A program made the translations under genes and the position numbers. The notes below the pieces were generated by a model. It searched no databases and was not told the origin of the DNA. It saw only the letters and a program-made list of their open reading frames with translations. This document shows positions 32,334 to 41,781 of a stretch of 64,000 nucleotides of DNA, in pieces. Position 1 is the first letter of the stretch, and each line of letters begins with the position of its first letter. Source of the stretch: Actinomycetota bacterium (GTDB lineage: Bacteria > Actinomycetota > Acidimicrobiia > Acidimicrobiales > Aldehydirespiratoraceae); NCBI GenBank assembly GCA_039193795.1, contig JBCCWI010000011.1, positions 796 to 64,795 of the forward strand. Direction: 5' to 3'.

Positions 32334-34481
32334 GTGCCGATGTCGACCGTCGGCTCCATCACCTTCGACGACGTGATCGTGCCGTTCAACGACGGCGACG
32401 ACGTGATGACGGCACTCGTGCGCGCCGGGCTCCACCCGAGCGGCGGTGGCGTGCTCTGCACCGAGGGCGTGTCGCCCCACAGCCTTGCGGAGATCGACGG
32501 GATCACCTACCGCCACACCGCGTTCACGCGGGCCCGCGACGGCATGGTCGTCCGGGCCCATGCCGCCGACGATCCGCCACCTCTGCCGGCGCACCCCACC
32601 TCGCCGGCCGCCGTGAGCGTCACCAACGTCCACCACCGCACGGTCGTCGTGGGTGGGGGATCGTCCGGGAGGGCCGCGGCCGCCCAGCATGACGACGTCG
32701 TCGTCTTCGATGCCCACGACGGCGAGGAGGTCGTGGGCATCTTCCCCGGACCGCTGGTCGTCGTGCGCACCGATGCGGGCATGATCCACGCCCACGCCGA
32801 ACACGTGGTCGTCGCCACCGGCTCCGTGCCGATCATGCCGGTGTGCCCCGGCACCGAGCTCGCCGGCATCTACACCCCGGGTGCGGCGGCGCGGCTCCGA
32901 TCGGCCGGGATCGACCTGGGGCGGGTCGTGACCGTGTCGCGCCCGCCCGATCGCTTCGCGGGTGATGGTGGGGTCGCGGCGGTCGTCGGCGCCGGCGACC
33001 GCCACGAATGTGAGGCCGTCATCGTCGACCTCGGCACGACACCCAACGATCTGCTCGCTCGGATGGGGGGCGACGACGTGTCGGTCGTCGGCGCTGCGGC
33101 GCTCACAGCCGAGCCCCCGCCGATGCCGGCGGAGGGCGTGGTGTGTCATGCCAACGGTGTCACCGTCGCCGACCTCCACGACGCATGGGATCGCGGCTTC
33201 ACCGGCATGGAACTGCTCAAGCGGGCGACGCTCGCGGGGACGGGCGCGACCCAGGGCATCGACTCGGTGCCGTATCTGCGCCGGTTCATCCTCGAGCGTG
33301 GCGGACGGCTCGAACCGGCCTTCACCGCCCGCCCGGTCGCCCGTCAGGCGACGCTCGGCGAGCTCGCTGCGGGGCGCCACCACGCCGTCGTGCCTCGCAC
33401 CGCTCTCCACGACGAACACCTCGCGCTCGGCGCGACGATGGATCGACTCGGCGGCTGGTGGCGGCCCTGGACCTATGGCGACGCCGACGCCGAGTACCGG
33501 GCCGTTCGCGAGGCGGTCTCGCTCGGCGACGTCGGCACGCTCGGCAAGTTCCTCGTGTCGGGGCCCGACGCCGAAGCCGCGCTCCAGCGGGTGTTCCCGA
33601 CCGACGTGTCGACGATCCGCCCGGGCCGCAGCCGCTATATCCTCATGCTCGACGAGCGCGGTTGTGTTCTCGATGACGGCATGATCCTGCGAGAGGCCGA
33701 GGGCGACCGCTTCTACGTGACCGTCACCTCCGGCGGTGCGAGCGTTGCCGAGATGTGGGTTCGAGACTGGACGGCGCACCTCGACGTGCGCTGGCTCAAC
33801 GCCACCATGTCGCTCGGGGCGATCAACGTGACCGGGCCGAAGGCGCCGGACGTGATGGCGCGGGCTGGACTCGACGAGACCCTGTCGATGCTGCGTCACA
33901 CCCACGCCGAGATCGCCGGCGTGCCGTGCCGGGTCGTGCGGCTGAGCTTCACCGGCGAGGTGAGCTACGAACTCCATCACCCCTTCGCCCGGTCGCCGGA
34001 GCTGTGGCGGGCGCTGCTCGACCTCGGCGCCGATCTCGGGATCGCTCCGCACGGGCTCGATGCGCTCACCCGACTGCGGCTCGAGAAGGGCCACCTCATC
34101 GTCGGTCAGGACACCGACTACGACTCGACGCCACGGCGGTTGCACCACGAGGCGATGGTCAATCTCGAGCGGGGCGGTGACTTCATCGGTCGCCATGCGA
34201 TCGAGCGGACCGACCGTCTGCCGCTCGACAAGATGCTGGTCGGACTCGAGTGCGACACCGAGGCACCCTTCGAGGGTGCGGTCGCCTGGCGCACCGATGG
34301 CGAGTACGCCGGCTACGTCACGTCGTCCACCTGGTCACCCACCCTCGACCGGGCGGTGATGTTGGCGTGGGTCCGCACCGTCGACGGCGATCTGCCCGAC
34401 GAGGTCGTGGTCGAGGGTCGGACGGCTCGTCGGGTGCCGGTGCCCTTCTACGATCCGGACGGGGAGCGGGCCCGTGGCTGA
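32334..34481 (+). CDS. Sarcosine oxidase alpha-subunit-like protein (short form with GcvT-type aminomethyltransferase C-terminal domain)
   Basis: 715 aa. VVVGGGSSGRAAA. The C-terminal half is GcvT-like (YRAVREAVSLGDVGTLGKFLVSGPDA...RLSFTGEVSYELHHP...GLDALTRLRLEKGH). Confidence 0.75.
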   Translation: MPMSTVGSITFDDVIVPFNDGDDVMTALVRAGLHPSGGGVLCTEGVSPHSLAEIDGITYRHTAFTRARDGMVVRAHAADDPPPLPAHPTSPAAVSVTNVHHRTVVVGGGSSGRAAAAQHDDVVVFDAHDGEEVVGIFPGPLVVVRTDAGMIHAHAEHVVVATGSVPIMPVCPGTELAGIYTPGAAARLRSAGIDLGRVVTVSRPPDRFAGDGGVAAVVGAGDRHECEAVIVDLGTTPNDLLARMGGDDVSVVGAAALTAEPPPMPAEGVVCHANGVTVADLHDAWDRGFTGMELLKRATLAGTGATQGIDSVPYLRRFILERGGRLEPAFTARPVARQATLGELAAGRHHAVVPRTALHDEHLALGATMDRLGGWWRPWTYGDADAEYRAVREAVSLGDVGTLGKFLVSGPDAEAALQRVFPTDVSTIRPGRSRYILMLDERGCVLDDGMILREAEGDRFYVTVTSGGASVAEMWVRDWTAHLDVRWLNATMSLGAINVTGPKAPDVMARAGLDETLSMLRHTHAEIAGVPCRVVRLSFTGEVSYELHHPFARSPELWRALLDLGADLGIAPHGLDALTRLRLEKGHLIVGQDTDYDSTPRRLHHEAMVNLERGGDFIGRHAIERTDRLPLDKMLVGLECDTEAPFEGAVAWRTDGEYAGYVTSSTWSPTLDRAVMLAWVRTVDGDLPDEVVVEGRTARRVPVPFYDPDGERARG

Positions 34482-34869
34482 GCCGACCCGCCGCGAGGTG
34501 GTGGCCGCCGTTCGGGTCGCCGCCCGCCCCGAAGCGCTCGATACGGCCTCCTGGCCCGTCGACGCGACGGTGCTGCGCACCGCGCCCGACGAGGTGCTGC
34601 TCGTCGACTCCCTCGACGCAACGCCGCCGGAGCCGGATGCGATCGTCTTCCCCGACATGGGGTGGGTCCGGTTCGCGATGGCGCCCGCCACGGGTGCGCA
34701 GGTGATGGCGCATGCCGCTGCGTGGCCGCCTCCGACCGCCGGGCTCGGGCAGGGTTTGGTCGCCGGAGTGCCCGCCAAGGTGGTCGTTCGCGACGACGAG
34801 TGGTGGATCATCGTGGGCGCGGTCGTCGCCGACGAGTTCGAGGAGCGGGTCGCGGAGGTGTTGACGTGA
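34474..34869 (+). CDS. Sarcosine oxidase gamma-subunit-like protein (short)
   Basis: 131-aa ORF. It is translationally coupled to both neighbours and lies between the alpha- and beta-like genes. The sequence itself is weakly diagnostic. Confidence 0.45.
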   Translation: MAEPTRREVVAAVRVAARPEALDTASWPVDATVLRTAPDEVLLVDSLDATPPEPDAIVFPDMGWVRFAMAPATGAQVMAHAAAWPPPTAGLGQGLVAGVPAKVVVRDDEWWIIVGAVVADEFEERVAEVLT

Positions 34870-36074
34870 ACGAGCATCCCGAGACCGAGATCTCCCTCGA
34901 CTGGAACGCACCCGAGGCGAGCTACGACGTCGTCATCGTCGGGGGAGGGGGCCACGGTCTCTCGACCGCCTACCACCTCGCGACCCGCCACGACATCACC
35001 GATGTGCTCGTGCTCGAACAGGGCTACATCGGTGGAGGGAACAGCGGTCGCAACACCACGGTGATCCGATCCAACTACGGCATTCCAGAGGCGGTGCGGT
35101 TCTATCAGCACTCCGTCGAGCGCTATCGCCGACTCGAAGCCGAGACCGGTCGAACGATGATGCACGACCGCAAGGGACTGCTGTGGATGGCGCACTCGGA
35201 GGCCGGTGTCCGTCGCGAACGGGCGAGGGCGGCGGTCAACCAGGCGTTCGGCGCGGAGACGGTGTATCTCGAGCCATCCGAGATCGCCGAGATCTGCCCC
35301 GAGATCGACCTGCGCTGCGGAGGCGGGTTCCCCGAGGTGATGGGCGCGTCCTACCACCAGGGCGCCACCGCTCGCCACGACCGTGTGGTGTGGGCGCTCG
35401 CCGAGGGCGCCATGCGGCGCGGGGTGCACGTGGCACCCCACACCGAGGTGACCGGACTGGTGCTCGACGGTGAGCGGGTCGTCGGCGTCGAGACCCCGGC
35501 CGGGCGGATCGCCGCCGGCGTCGTCGTTTCGGCGGTCGGTGGTGATGCGACTCGGCTCGGGAACATGGCGGGCGTACGCCTACCGATCCGAACCCATCCG
35601 TTGCAGGCCTATGTCACCAACCGTCACGTCCGCAGCTTCGATCCGATCGTCGCGTCGGGCGACCTCGGGTTCTACGTCTCCCAGACCGCACGGGGTCAGA
35701 TGCTGCTCGGCGCCGAGATCGATCGACAGCCGAGCTACTCCCGCCGAGCCACCCACGATCTCCTGGCGTCGCTGGCTCACCGGGCGATCACGGTGTTGCC
35801 GTTCATGCGCGACCTCCGGGTGCTGCGGCAGTGGGCGGGAAGCTGCGATATGTCGCCGGACTACTCGCCGATCATCGGCGACACCGGGGTCGACGGGTTC
35901 CTGATCACGACCGGCTGGGGCACGTGGGGCTTCAAGGCGATCCCGGCCGGCGGCGAGCTGCTGGCCGAGCGCATCGCGACCGGTGCCACGCCGGCGTTGA
36001 TCGAACCGTTCGCACTCGACCGCTTCGAGCGGGACCGCACGCTCGCGGACCGCGGCTCGGCGGGGACCCACTGA
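34866..36074 (+). CDS. Sarcosine oxidase beta-subunit-like FAD-dependent oxidoreductase
   Basis: GTG start at 34866 (VNEHPETEISLDWNAPEASYDVVIVGGGGHGLSTAYHLA). DAO-family features follow, and the C-terminus reads ITTGWGTWGFKAIPAGG. Confidence 0.85.
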   Translation: MNEHPETEISLDWNAPEASYDVVIVGGGGHGLSTAYHLATRHDITDVLVLEQGYIGGGNSGRNTTVIRSNYGIPEAVRFYQHSVERYRRLEAETGRTMMHDRKGLLWMAHSEAGVRRERARAAVNQAFGAETVYLEPSEIAEICPEIDLRCGGGFPEVMGASYHQGATARHDRVVWALAEGAMRRGVHVAPHTEVTGLVLDGERVVGVETPAGRIAAGVVVSAVGGDATRLGNMAGVRLPIRTHPLQAYVTNRHVRSFDPIVASGDLGFYVSQTARGQMLLGAEIDRQPSYSRRATHDLLASLAHRAITVLPFMRDLRVLRQWAGSCDMSPDYSPIIGDTGVDGFLITTGWGTWGFKAIPAGGELLAERIATGATPALIEPFALDRFERDRTLADRGSAGTH

Positions 36075-36322
36075 TGAGCCTGCGCATCCCCTGCCCGACC
36101 TGTGGTCCGCTGCCCATCGACCACTGGGTCCACGGCGAGATCCCCGTGGTGCCCGACTCCATCACCGACCCGGACGCCCGCGACGTCGATCGCGGGTACA
36201 TGCACGCGAACGAAGCGGGAGTCGTCCGGGAGGCGTGGTTCTGTCTCGGTGGCTGCCGGCGCTGGGTCACGCTGTGGCGCGACACCCGGACCGACACCTT
36301 CGTCGACCCGTCCTCAGACTGA
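36074..36322 (+). CDS. Sarcosine oxidase delta-subunit-like zinc-ribbon protein
   Basis: 82 aa. MSLRIPCPTCGPLPIDHWVHGE...WFCLGGCRRWVTLWRDTRT (Cys4 pattern). The ATG overlaps the beta-subunit stop. Confidence 0.75.
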   Translation: MSLRIPCPTCGPLPIDHWVHGEIPVVPDSITDPDARDVDRGYMHANEAGVVREAWFCLGGCRRWVTLWRDTRTDTFVDPSSD

Positions 36323-36886
36323 TCGGCCGATCGTTCGCAGGAACCGCGTCTGCGGGTCGGCGGCGGCGCCGTGCACGACGGCCTCGGCGAAGTGGGTCGA
36401 CGTCTCCAGCATGTCGCGTTCGGCATCGGCCACCTCGAGCGCGACCTGCAGCGCAGCAGGGTCGAGGGTGACCGCGCGGTCGAGGGCGGCGGCGATGTCC
36501 CACGTGTGGCCCAGCTGGTCGAACACGCGGAAGCCGATGAAGCGGCGAGCGGGGATGGCGCCGACCGGATGATCGACCGTGCGGTCGAGTGACCCGGCGA
36601 AGGCGTCGCGTGTCGAGGCGGCTGCGTCGGCGACCGCACCGGACGGGTCGTCGCCGAGATGATCGACGCCGATGACGGCTTCGATCGCCTCGTCGAGTCC
36701 GCCTCCGGCGAGAAGGATCGGTGCGAAACGATCCCCTCCCACGACGTGCTCGACGACGTCGCGGACCGTCCAGCCCTCGCACATCGACGAACGGTCCCAG
36801 TCGCCGTCGCCGAGTTCGGCCACCACCGCGGCGAAGCCCGCCATCGCACGAGCCATCGCGTCTCGAAGCTCGTCGTCGGTGGCCAT
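36314..36886 (-). CDS. DinB/MDMPI-type (mycothiol-dependent maleylpyruvate isomerase N-terminal domain, TIGR03086-like) protein
   Basis: 190 aa. DWDRSSMCEGWTVRDVVEHVVGGDRF...FDQLGHTWDIAAAL. Confidence 0.65.
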   Translation of the reverse strand: MATDDELRDAMARAMAGFAAVVAELGDGDWDRSSMCEGWTVRDVVEHVVGGDRFAPILLAGGGLDEAIEAVIGVDHLGDDPSGAVADAAASTRDAFAGSLDRTVDHPVGAIPARRFIGFRVFDQLGHTWDIAAALDRAVTLDPAALQVALEVADAERDMLETSTHFAEAVVHGAAADPQTRFLRTIGRSV

Positions 36887-36895
36887 GGAGGGACG

Positions 36896-38089
36896 TTAGT
36901 CGTCGAGGAGGGCCCCCACGCTGGGCGAGTGGGCCACCCGTCGTTCGTTCACGTAGGCCTCGTGGTTCTCCGCGAGCGTGTCGAGGTCGTAGAGATAGTT
37001 CACGAGGACACCGAACGACTCGGCGTCGCCCTTCGCCGACGGATCACCGGCGACGTTGATCTGCTCGAGCCGGGCGCCGTTGCGCAGATGGAACCGGGCG
37101 ACCGGATCGAACGGCTCGCCTCGGCGCTTGGCGGTGAGGAGATACCGGGCGGTGAGCGCCCGGAGCCCGTCGTCGGAGTGATCGACCTCGATCCCCTCGG
37201 CGTCGACCCACCGGCGCAGACCGGGGACCGGGGAGAGGGTCGAGAAGCGCTCCAGGCTCGGCACCGTGGCCCGCAACTCCTCGGTGACCTGCTTGATCAG
37301 GAAGTCGCCGAGCGGGATGCCGCGCAGGCCGGCCTGACAGTTGGTGATCGAGTAGAAGATGGCGGTGTCGGCCGGGTCGAGGCCGTCCGGGTCGGTGAGG
37401 TCGTCGTCGGGCACGGGCGCATCGATCACGTCGGTGATGCGTGTCGCCAGACCGTGCACGAGGGCGATCTCGACGAAGATCAGCGGCTCGGCCGGCAGGG
37501 ATGGGTGAAAGAAGCCGTAGCAGCGACGATCGGATTCGAGTCGCCGGCGCAGGTCGTCCCAGCCGCGGATCTCGTGCACCGCCTCGTACTCGATCAGCTT
37601 CTCCAGCGTCTCGGCCGGCGTGTTCCAGTCGATCGCCCGTAGCTCGAGGAACCCGCGGTTGAACCACGATGCGAGCAGATAGGCGAGGTCACCCTCGGCC
37701 GGGGCGAGCCGCTCGTCGCGCAGACGCAGCAGATCGGCCCGCATGGTGAGCAGGGTGTGGATGCCGTCGGCGGCGAGGTTGATCGACCGGAAGAGTTCGA
37801 GCCGGGGTGCTTCGGCGGCCTGCCAGAGACGGTGGACCGAGGAGGGGCCCGGGTCGTCGCGCCAGGCGGCGACAGCGGCCGTCACCGCGCTCGGGTCGGG
37901 CGCGAAGTCATCGACGAGGAAGCCGAAGAAGGCCGCCTTGGCGGCGTCGTCGCCCTGGCGGGTGAGGGTGGCGTACCGACGCGCGACGAGCTCGGCCAGG
38001 CTTCGGGCCGCGGCCTCGTCGCGCAGCCGGGTGAGGGCCCGGCAGGTCTCACGAAGGACGGCGAGTTCGGGGTTGGTCGCCTCGCTCAC
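36896..38089 (-). CDS. Malonyl-CoA decarboxylase
   Basis: The ORF is 36896..38182; the likely GTG start is at 38089 (VSEATNPEL). LLASWFNRGFLELRAIDWNTPAETLEKLIEYEAVHEIRGWDDLRRRL...FFHPSLPAEPLIFVEIAL...AIFYSITNCQAGLRGIPLGDFLIKQV. Confidence 0.8.
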   Translation of the reverse strand: MSEATNPELAVLRETCRALTRLRDEAAARSLAELVARRYATLTRQGDDAAKAAFFGFLVDDFAPDPSAVTAAVAAWRDDPGPSSVHRLWQAAEAPRLELFRSINLAADGIHTLLTMRADLLRLRDERLAPAEGDLAYLLASWFNRGFLELRAIDWNTPAETLEKLIEYEAVHEIRGWDDLRRRLESDRRCYGFFHPSLPAEPLIFVEIALVHGLATRITDVIDAPVPDDDLTDPDGLDPADTAIFYSITNCQAGLRGIPLGDFLIKQVTEELRATVPSLERFSTLSPVPGLRRWVDAEGIEVDHSDDGLRALTARYLLTAKRRGEPFDPVARFHLRNGARLEQINVAGDPSAKGDAESFGVLVNYLYDLDTLAENHEAYVNERRVAHSPSVGALLDD

Positions 38090-38150
38090 CCCATCCAGTG
38101 TACGGCAGTTAGCCGATGGCTGACCGATCGAGCCCCTACGCTGAACGGCG

Positions 38151-39656
38151 ATGGCCGGGTTGACGACGATGCCGAAGCCCACCGCGGGGGACCTCGTCGC
38201 GGGGATCTCGGTGGCTCTCGTCGCGCTGCCCCAGTCGCTCGCCTACGCGGAGATCGCCGGCCTGCCGCCCCAGTACGGCCTCTTCGCATCGGCACTGCCC
38301 GCCATCCTCGCCGCCTTCTTCGTGTCGTCGCGCTATCTCCAGACCGGGCCGGTCGCGCTGACCGCGCTGTTGACCTACGGCGCCCTCGAACCGCTCGCCG
38401 AACCCGAATCGGCCGACTTCATCGCCCTCGCGGCCGAGCTCGCCCTGCTCGTGGGAGTGTTCCGCATCCTGCTGGGCCTCCTGCGGCTGGGCGGAGTCGC
38501 CTACCTGCTCTCGGATCCGGTGCTCACCGGGTTCACGACCGGCGCCGCGATCTTGATCACGTCGAGCCAGCTTCCCAAGGTCTTCGACGTCGCCACCGAC
38601 GACCAGGGGGTCCTCGCCGACGCGTGGCAGGCGATCTCGTCGCCGGGCGACTGGCACTGGCCGGCGGTGGGATTCTCCGTGCTGACCCTCGTCGCGATGT
38701 TCGGAGGCCGTCGGCTGCACGCGCTGTTCCCCGGCGTGCTCGTCGCCGTGATCGTCGGGGTGGTCATCAGTTCGGCGACGAGCTACTCGGGCTCGACGAT
38801 CGGCGAGCTCGATGGCGGGTTCGTCTCGCTCTCCTTCGACTTCCCGTGGGACCGCACCGGCGACCTGATCCTGCCCGCGCTCGTGATCGCGCTCGTCGGC
38901 TTCGCCGAGCCGTCGTCGATCGCCCGCACCTTCGCGGCCCAGGAGCGCGAGCCCTGGAACGCGAATCAGGAGATGGTGAGTCAGGGGGTGGCGAATCTCG
39001 CGTCGGCGGTCTCGGGGGCGTTCCCGGTCGGCGGCTCGTTCAGTCGCAGTTCGCTGAACAAGCTGGCCGGTGCCCGGACGGCGTGGGCCGGCGCCTTCAC
39101 CGGCGGCTTCGTGCTGCTGGCGCTGCCGCTCACCCCGCTGCTCGAGGACCTGCCCAACGCCATCCTCGGCGCGATCGTCGTGGGCGCGGTCGCGAAGCTC
39201 ATCCGGCTCGACGAGTTGATCGCGCTGGCGCGTGCCAACTGGATCCAGGCGATCGTCGGCTTCGGCACGCTCACCGCGACGATCTTCTCGGCCCCACGCG
39301 TCGAGCGGGGTGTCGTGATCGGGGTCGTCCTGGCCCTGCTGGTGCACCTCTACCGTGAGCTCACGATCACCAGCCCGTTCCTGCGGGTCGAGAACACGCT
39401 GACGATCGCACCGGAGGGTGTGCTCTGGTTCGCCACCATTCCCGGCGTCGAGCGCCAGATCCGCTCGCACTCCGCGGAGTACGAGGAGCTCGAGCGGATC
39501 GTGCTCGACCTCGCCGGGGTCGGTCGCCTCGACTACTCCGCTGCGGCGGCGCTTCGTCGCATCGTCGAGGAGATGCGGGAGGCCGACATCGAGGTCGAGA
39601 TCATCAACGTGCGGCAGGGTGCTGCCCGCGGGGCGGCGCTCCACCTGCTCGACTGA
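38151..39656 (+). CDS. SulP family sulfate/anion permease with C-terminal STAS domain
   Basis: 501 aa. DLVAGISVALVALPQSLAYAEIAGLPPQYGLF. The C-terminal STAS-like segment is RIVLDLAGVGRLDYSAAAALRRIVEEM. Confidence 0.9.
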   Translation: MAGLTTMPKPTAGDLVAGISVALVALPQSLAYAEIAGLPPQYGLFASALPAILAAFFVSSRYLQTGPVALTALLTYGALEPLAEPESADFIALAAELALLVGVFRILLGLLRLGGVAYLLSDPVLTGFTTGAAILITSSQLPKVFDVATDDQGVLADAWQAISSPGDWHWPAVGFSVLTLVAMFGGRRLHALFPGVLVAVIVGVVISSATSYSGSTIGELDGGFVSLSFDFPWDRTGDLILPALVIALVGFAEPSSIARTFAAQEREPWNANQEMVSQGVANLASAVSGAFPVGGSFSRSSLNKLAGARTAWAGAFTGGFVLLALPLTPLLEDLPNAILGAIVVGAVAKLIRLDELIALARANWIQAIVGFGTLTATIFSAPRVERGVVIGVVLALLVHLYRELTITSPFLRVENTLTIAPEGVLWFATIPGVERQIRSHSAEYEELERIVLDLAGVGRLDYSAAAALRRIVEEMREADIEVEIINVRQGAARGAALHLLD

Positions 39657-39688
39657 GCGCGCGGCGCCGGGTCGCTACGGTGCGGGGC

Positions 39689-40342
39689 ATGCCCCGATTG
39701 CGACAGATCCCCAAGGACGAAGCCCACGAGCTGGCCCAGACGTTGTACTCGATGTTGTTCGGTGACCGCGATCCGGTCGCCGAGCCGGGAACGGCGACCG
39801 GCAGCCCCGGCAACTGGTGGACGGTGACGGCCCTCGTGCCCGATCTGTTCGACCACATCGTCGGGGGGTTCGGGTTCTACCGATCGCCGAACCGAGTGCT
39901 CGATGCCCAGCTGCGCGAGCTCGGACAGACCCGGGCCGGCTTCGCCCGCGGCAGCCGGTTCGTCTACTCCCAGCACGTGAAGGCCTGTCGCGAGGTCGGC
40001 CTGCCCGAGGAGAAGATCGACGCCATCCGAGCCTGGTCGGTCGCTGACGTCTACACGCCGATCGAACGGGCGGTGCTGGCGTACACCGACGCGCTGGTGC
40101 TCCAGGGCGGTCGGGTCCCCGACGAGGTCTTCGATGCGATGCGCGCCGAACTCTCCGAGGAGGAGATCATCGAGCTGACCTACATCGTGTGCACCTACGA
40201 CATGCACGCGACGATGTCGAAGGCCCTGCGGCTCGAGTTCGACGACGTCGACGATCCGATCACCGAGGTGCCCGGCCCCGAGGGCGTCGGGCCGTCGACG
40301 ATGGATGCGATGCGCGTCGTCGAGGATCTCGACCAGGACTGA
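39689..40342 (+). CDS. Carboxymuconolactone decarboxylase (AhpD-like fold) family protein
   Basis: ATG at 39689 (MPRLRQIPKDEAHE...). Helical CMD-like pattern: LGQTRAGFARGSRFVYSQHVKACREVGL...ERAVLAYTDALV. No CxxC or UxxC motif is present. Confidence 0.65.
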   Translation: MPRLRQIPKDEAHELAQTLYSMLFGDRDPVAEPGTATGSPGNWWTVTALVPDLFDHIVGGFGFYRSPNRVLDAQLRELGQTRAGFARGSRFVYSQHVKACREVGLPEEKIDAIRAWSVADVYTPIERAVLAYTDALVLQGGRVPDEVFDAMRAELSEEEIIELTYIVCTYDMHATMSKALRLEFDDVDDPITEVPGPEGVGPSTMDAMRVVEDLDQD

Positions 40343-40345
40343 CGC

Positions 40346-41089
40346 TCAGGCGATCGAGCGGGCTCGGACGGCGGCCGCGCCGGCCGCCCCGAACAGACCG
40401 AGGATCGCCAGCCCGACCAGTGCAGCGCCCGACCGACCCGGCGGGCCGGCGTCGGTGGAGCGTACGACCGGTGCGGCGAGGTCGTCGGCGTCGTCCGCGT
40501 CGGCTGGCGTCGTGGCGGTGGTGGTCGTCGACGTGGTGGTCGTGGTCGCCACCGTCGTGGTCGTCGAGGTGGTGATCGCGACGGTCGTCGTCGTGGTGTC
40601 CGCTGCGAGCGTCGTCGTCGCCTGCGCGGCGTCGCCGACGGTGAGGATCCCCCACGTGATGTCGCCGAGTGGGGTCGTGCACGGATCGTTGCAGTGCAGG
40701 ATCCAGTACTCGCCCGAGGCGAGGTCCGGGACGGTCAGTTCGAAGATCGCGTGGTTGGGCCCGTAGCTCCCGCGCCCGGAGTCGTAGGGTCCCTCGACGA
40801 CCTCGATCTCGGCCACCCACATCGCTTCGGGCGGGATCTCGCCGTGGGAACCGTCGTCCGCGTAGGCCCCGGCTCGGGCGAGCAGGTAGGCGTGGAAGGG
40901 GCCGTCATCGGGCGTGCCGAGCGATGGATTGTGGTCCCAGGCGACCGCCGCCCAGACCGTCACCGTCTCGCCGACCGAGACCGTGTCGGGATGGCGCCAC
41001 ACGGATCCGCCGGCCAGCGCCGGGGCCGCGGCGAAGCCGAGCACGAGGACGAGGGCGCCGATGCGAGCACCCCAGCGGACCGATCGCAT
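40346..41089 (-). CDS. Secreted, C-terminally membrane-anchored protein with a Thr-rich linker
   Basis: Start MRSVRWGARIGALVLVLGFAAAPALA (signal peptide) at 41089. Long T-rich tract (TTTLAADTTTTTVAITTSTTTTVATTTTTSTTTTATT). C-terminal TM helix LVGLAILGLFGAAGAAAV. Confidence 0.55.
   Translation of the reverse strand: MRSVRWGARIGALVLVLGFAAAPALAGGSVWRHPDTVSVGETVTVWAAVAWDHNPSLGTPDDGPFHAYLLARAGAYADDGSHGEIPPEAMWVAEIEVVEGPYDSGRGSYGPNHAIFELTVPDLASGEYWILHCNDPCTTPLGDITWGILTVGDAAQATTTLAADTTTTTVAITTSTTTTVATTTTTSTTTTATTPADADDADDLAAPVVRSTDAGPPGRSGAALVGLAILGLFGAAGAAAVRARSIA
40505..40625. repeat. Low-complexity GTC/GTG-rich DNA encoding the Thr-rich linker
   Basis: Runs of gtggtggtcgtc / gtcgtcgtc triplets on the plus strand. 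In-frame coding low complexity, not an array. Confidence 0.6.
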
Positions 41090-41150
41090 ACGCCACGGTA
41101 CCCCGACCCCTCGGGTGCGGGGCCGCGGCGTCCGCGTGCCGGTCGTGGCC

Positions 41151-41762
41151 TCACCCGTCGAGGCGGGCGATCCAGTCGTGGTCGGGATGCGCGCGAGCGA
41201 GGGCGTCGCGGAGCCAGATTCGCTCGGCATCGCCGAGCAGGCCGAACGCGACGTCGAAGTCGTGCTGATCCTTCGGGCGGGTCGCCTTGGCCTTGAACAA
41301 CAGGGCGCCGTGGGGACGCAGGTGCGGGATGCCGTCCGGTGATCGGCCGACCACTGCGGCTCGAGGCGCCTCGATGCTGGGGTCGCGGCGGAACACCCAC
41401 GTGTCGGCGTCGCCGGGTTCGGTCATCACGTCGAGCCGCCAGACGTCGGCGACCGGATCGAGCACCCAGTGCTGGTGGACGCCGTCGGGAGGCGACTCGG
41501 TGGGCCCGAGCCGATGGACCTCGCCCGCTCCGGCGGCGTGGAAGACGAAGCCGTCGAGGTGCCGGCGGATCGCCGGGAGGTCGCCGCGGGGGATGGCGAT
41601 CTCGAGATCCTCGTGGGTCCTCGTGGTCGTCCCCAGCGCGAGGTCGATCGCCCACCCGCCGACGACGCACCAGGGCACGTCGAGGTCGGCCAGACGCTCC
41701 GCGAGGTCCCACGGGCTCCACGCTGCCCACGACTCCGCCGGTGGCCCGTCCCACCGGGTCAC
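41151..41762 (-). CDS. Nucleotidyltransferase-fold protein resembling the aminoglycoside 2-double-prime-adenylyltransferase (AadB-like) family
   Basis: 203 aa. The motif VPWCVVGGWAIDLALGTTTRTHEDLEIAIP parallels the LPLWIGGGWAIDARLGRVTRKHDDIDLTFP of ANT(2)-Ia as I recall it. Confidence 0.45.
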   Translation of the reverse strand: MTRWDGPPAESWAAWSPWDLAERLADLDVPWCVVGGWAIDLALGTTTRTHEDLEIAIPRGDLPAIRRHLDGFVFHAAGAGEVHRLGPTESPPDGVHQHWVLDPVADVWRLDVMTEPGDADTWVFRRDPSIEAPRAAVVGRSPDGIPHLRPHGALLFKAKATRPKDQHDFDVAFGLLGDAERIWLRDALARAHPDHDWIARLDG

Positions 41763-41781
41763 GGTGACTCCCGCAAGGCGG

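Noticed and set aside
39689-40342. The AhpD-like CMD protein considered as a third selenoprotein candidate, since AhpD-like selenoproteins exist
   Set aside because: The ORF is uninterrupted and has no CxxC or UxxC motif. There is no in-frame TGA at or near it.
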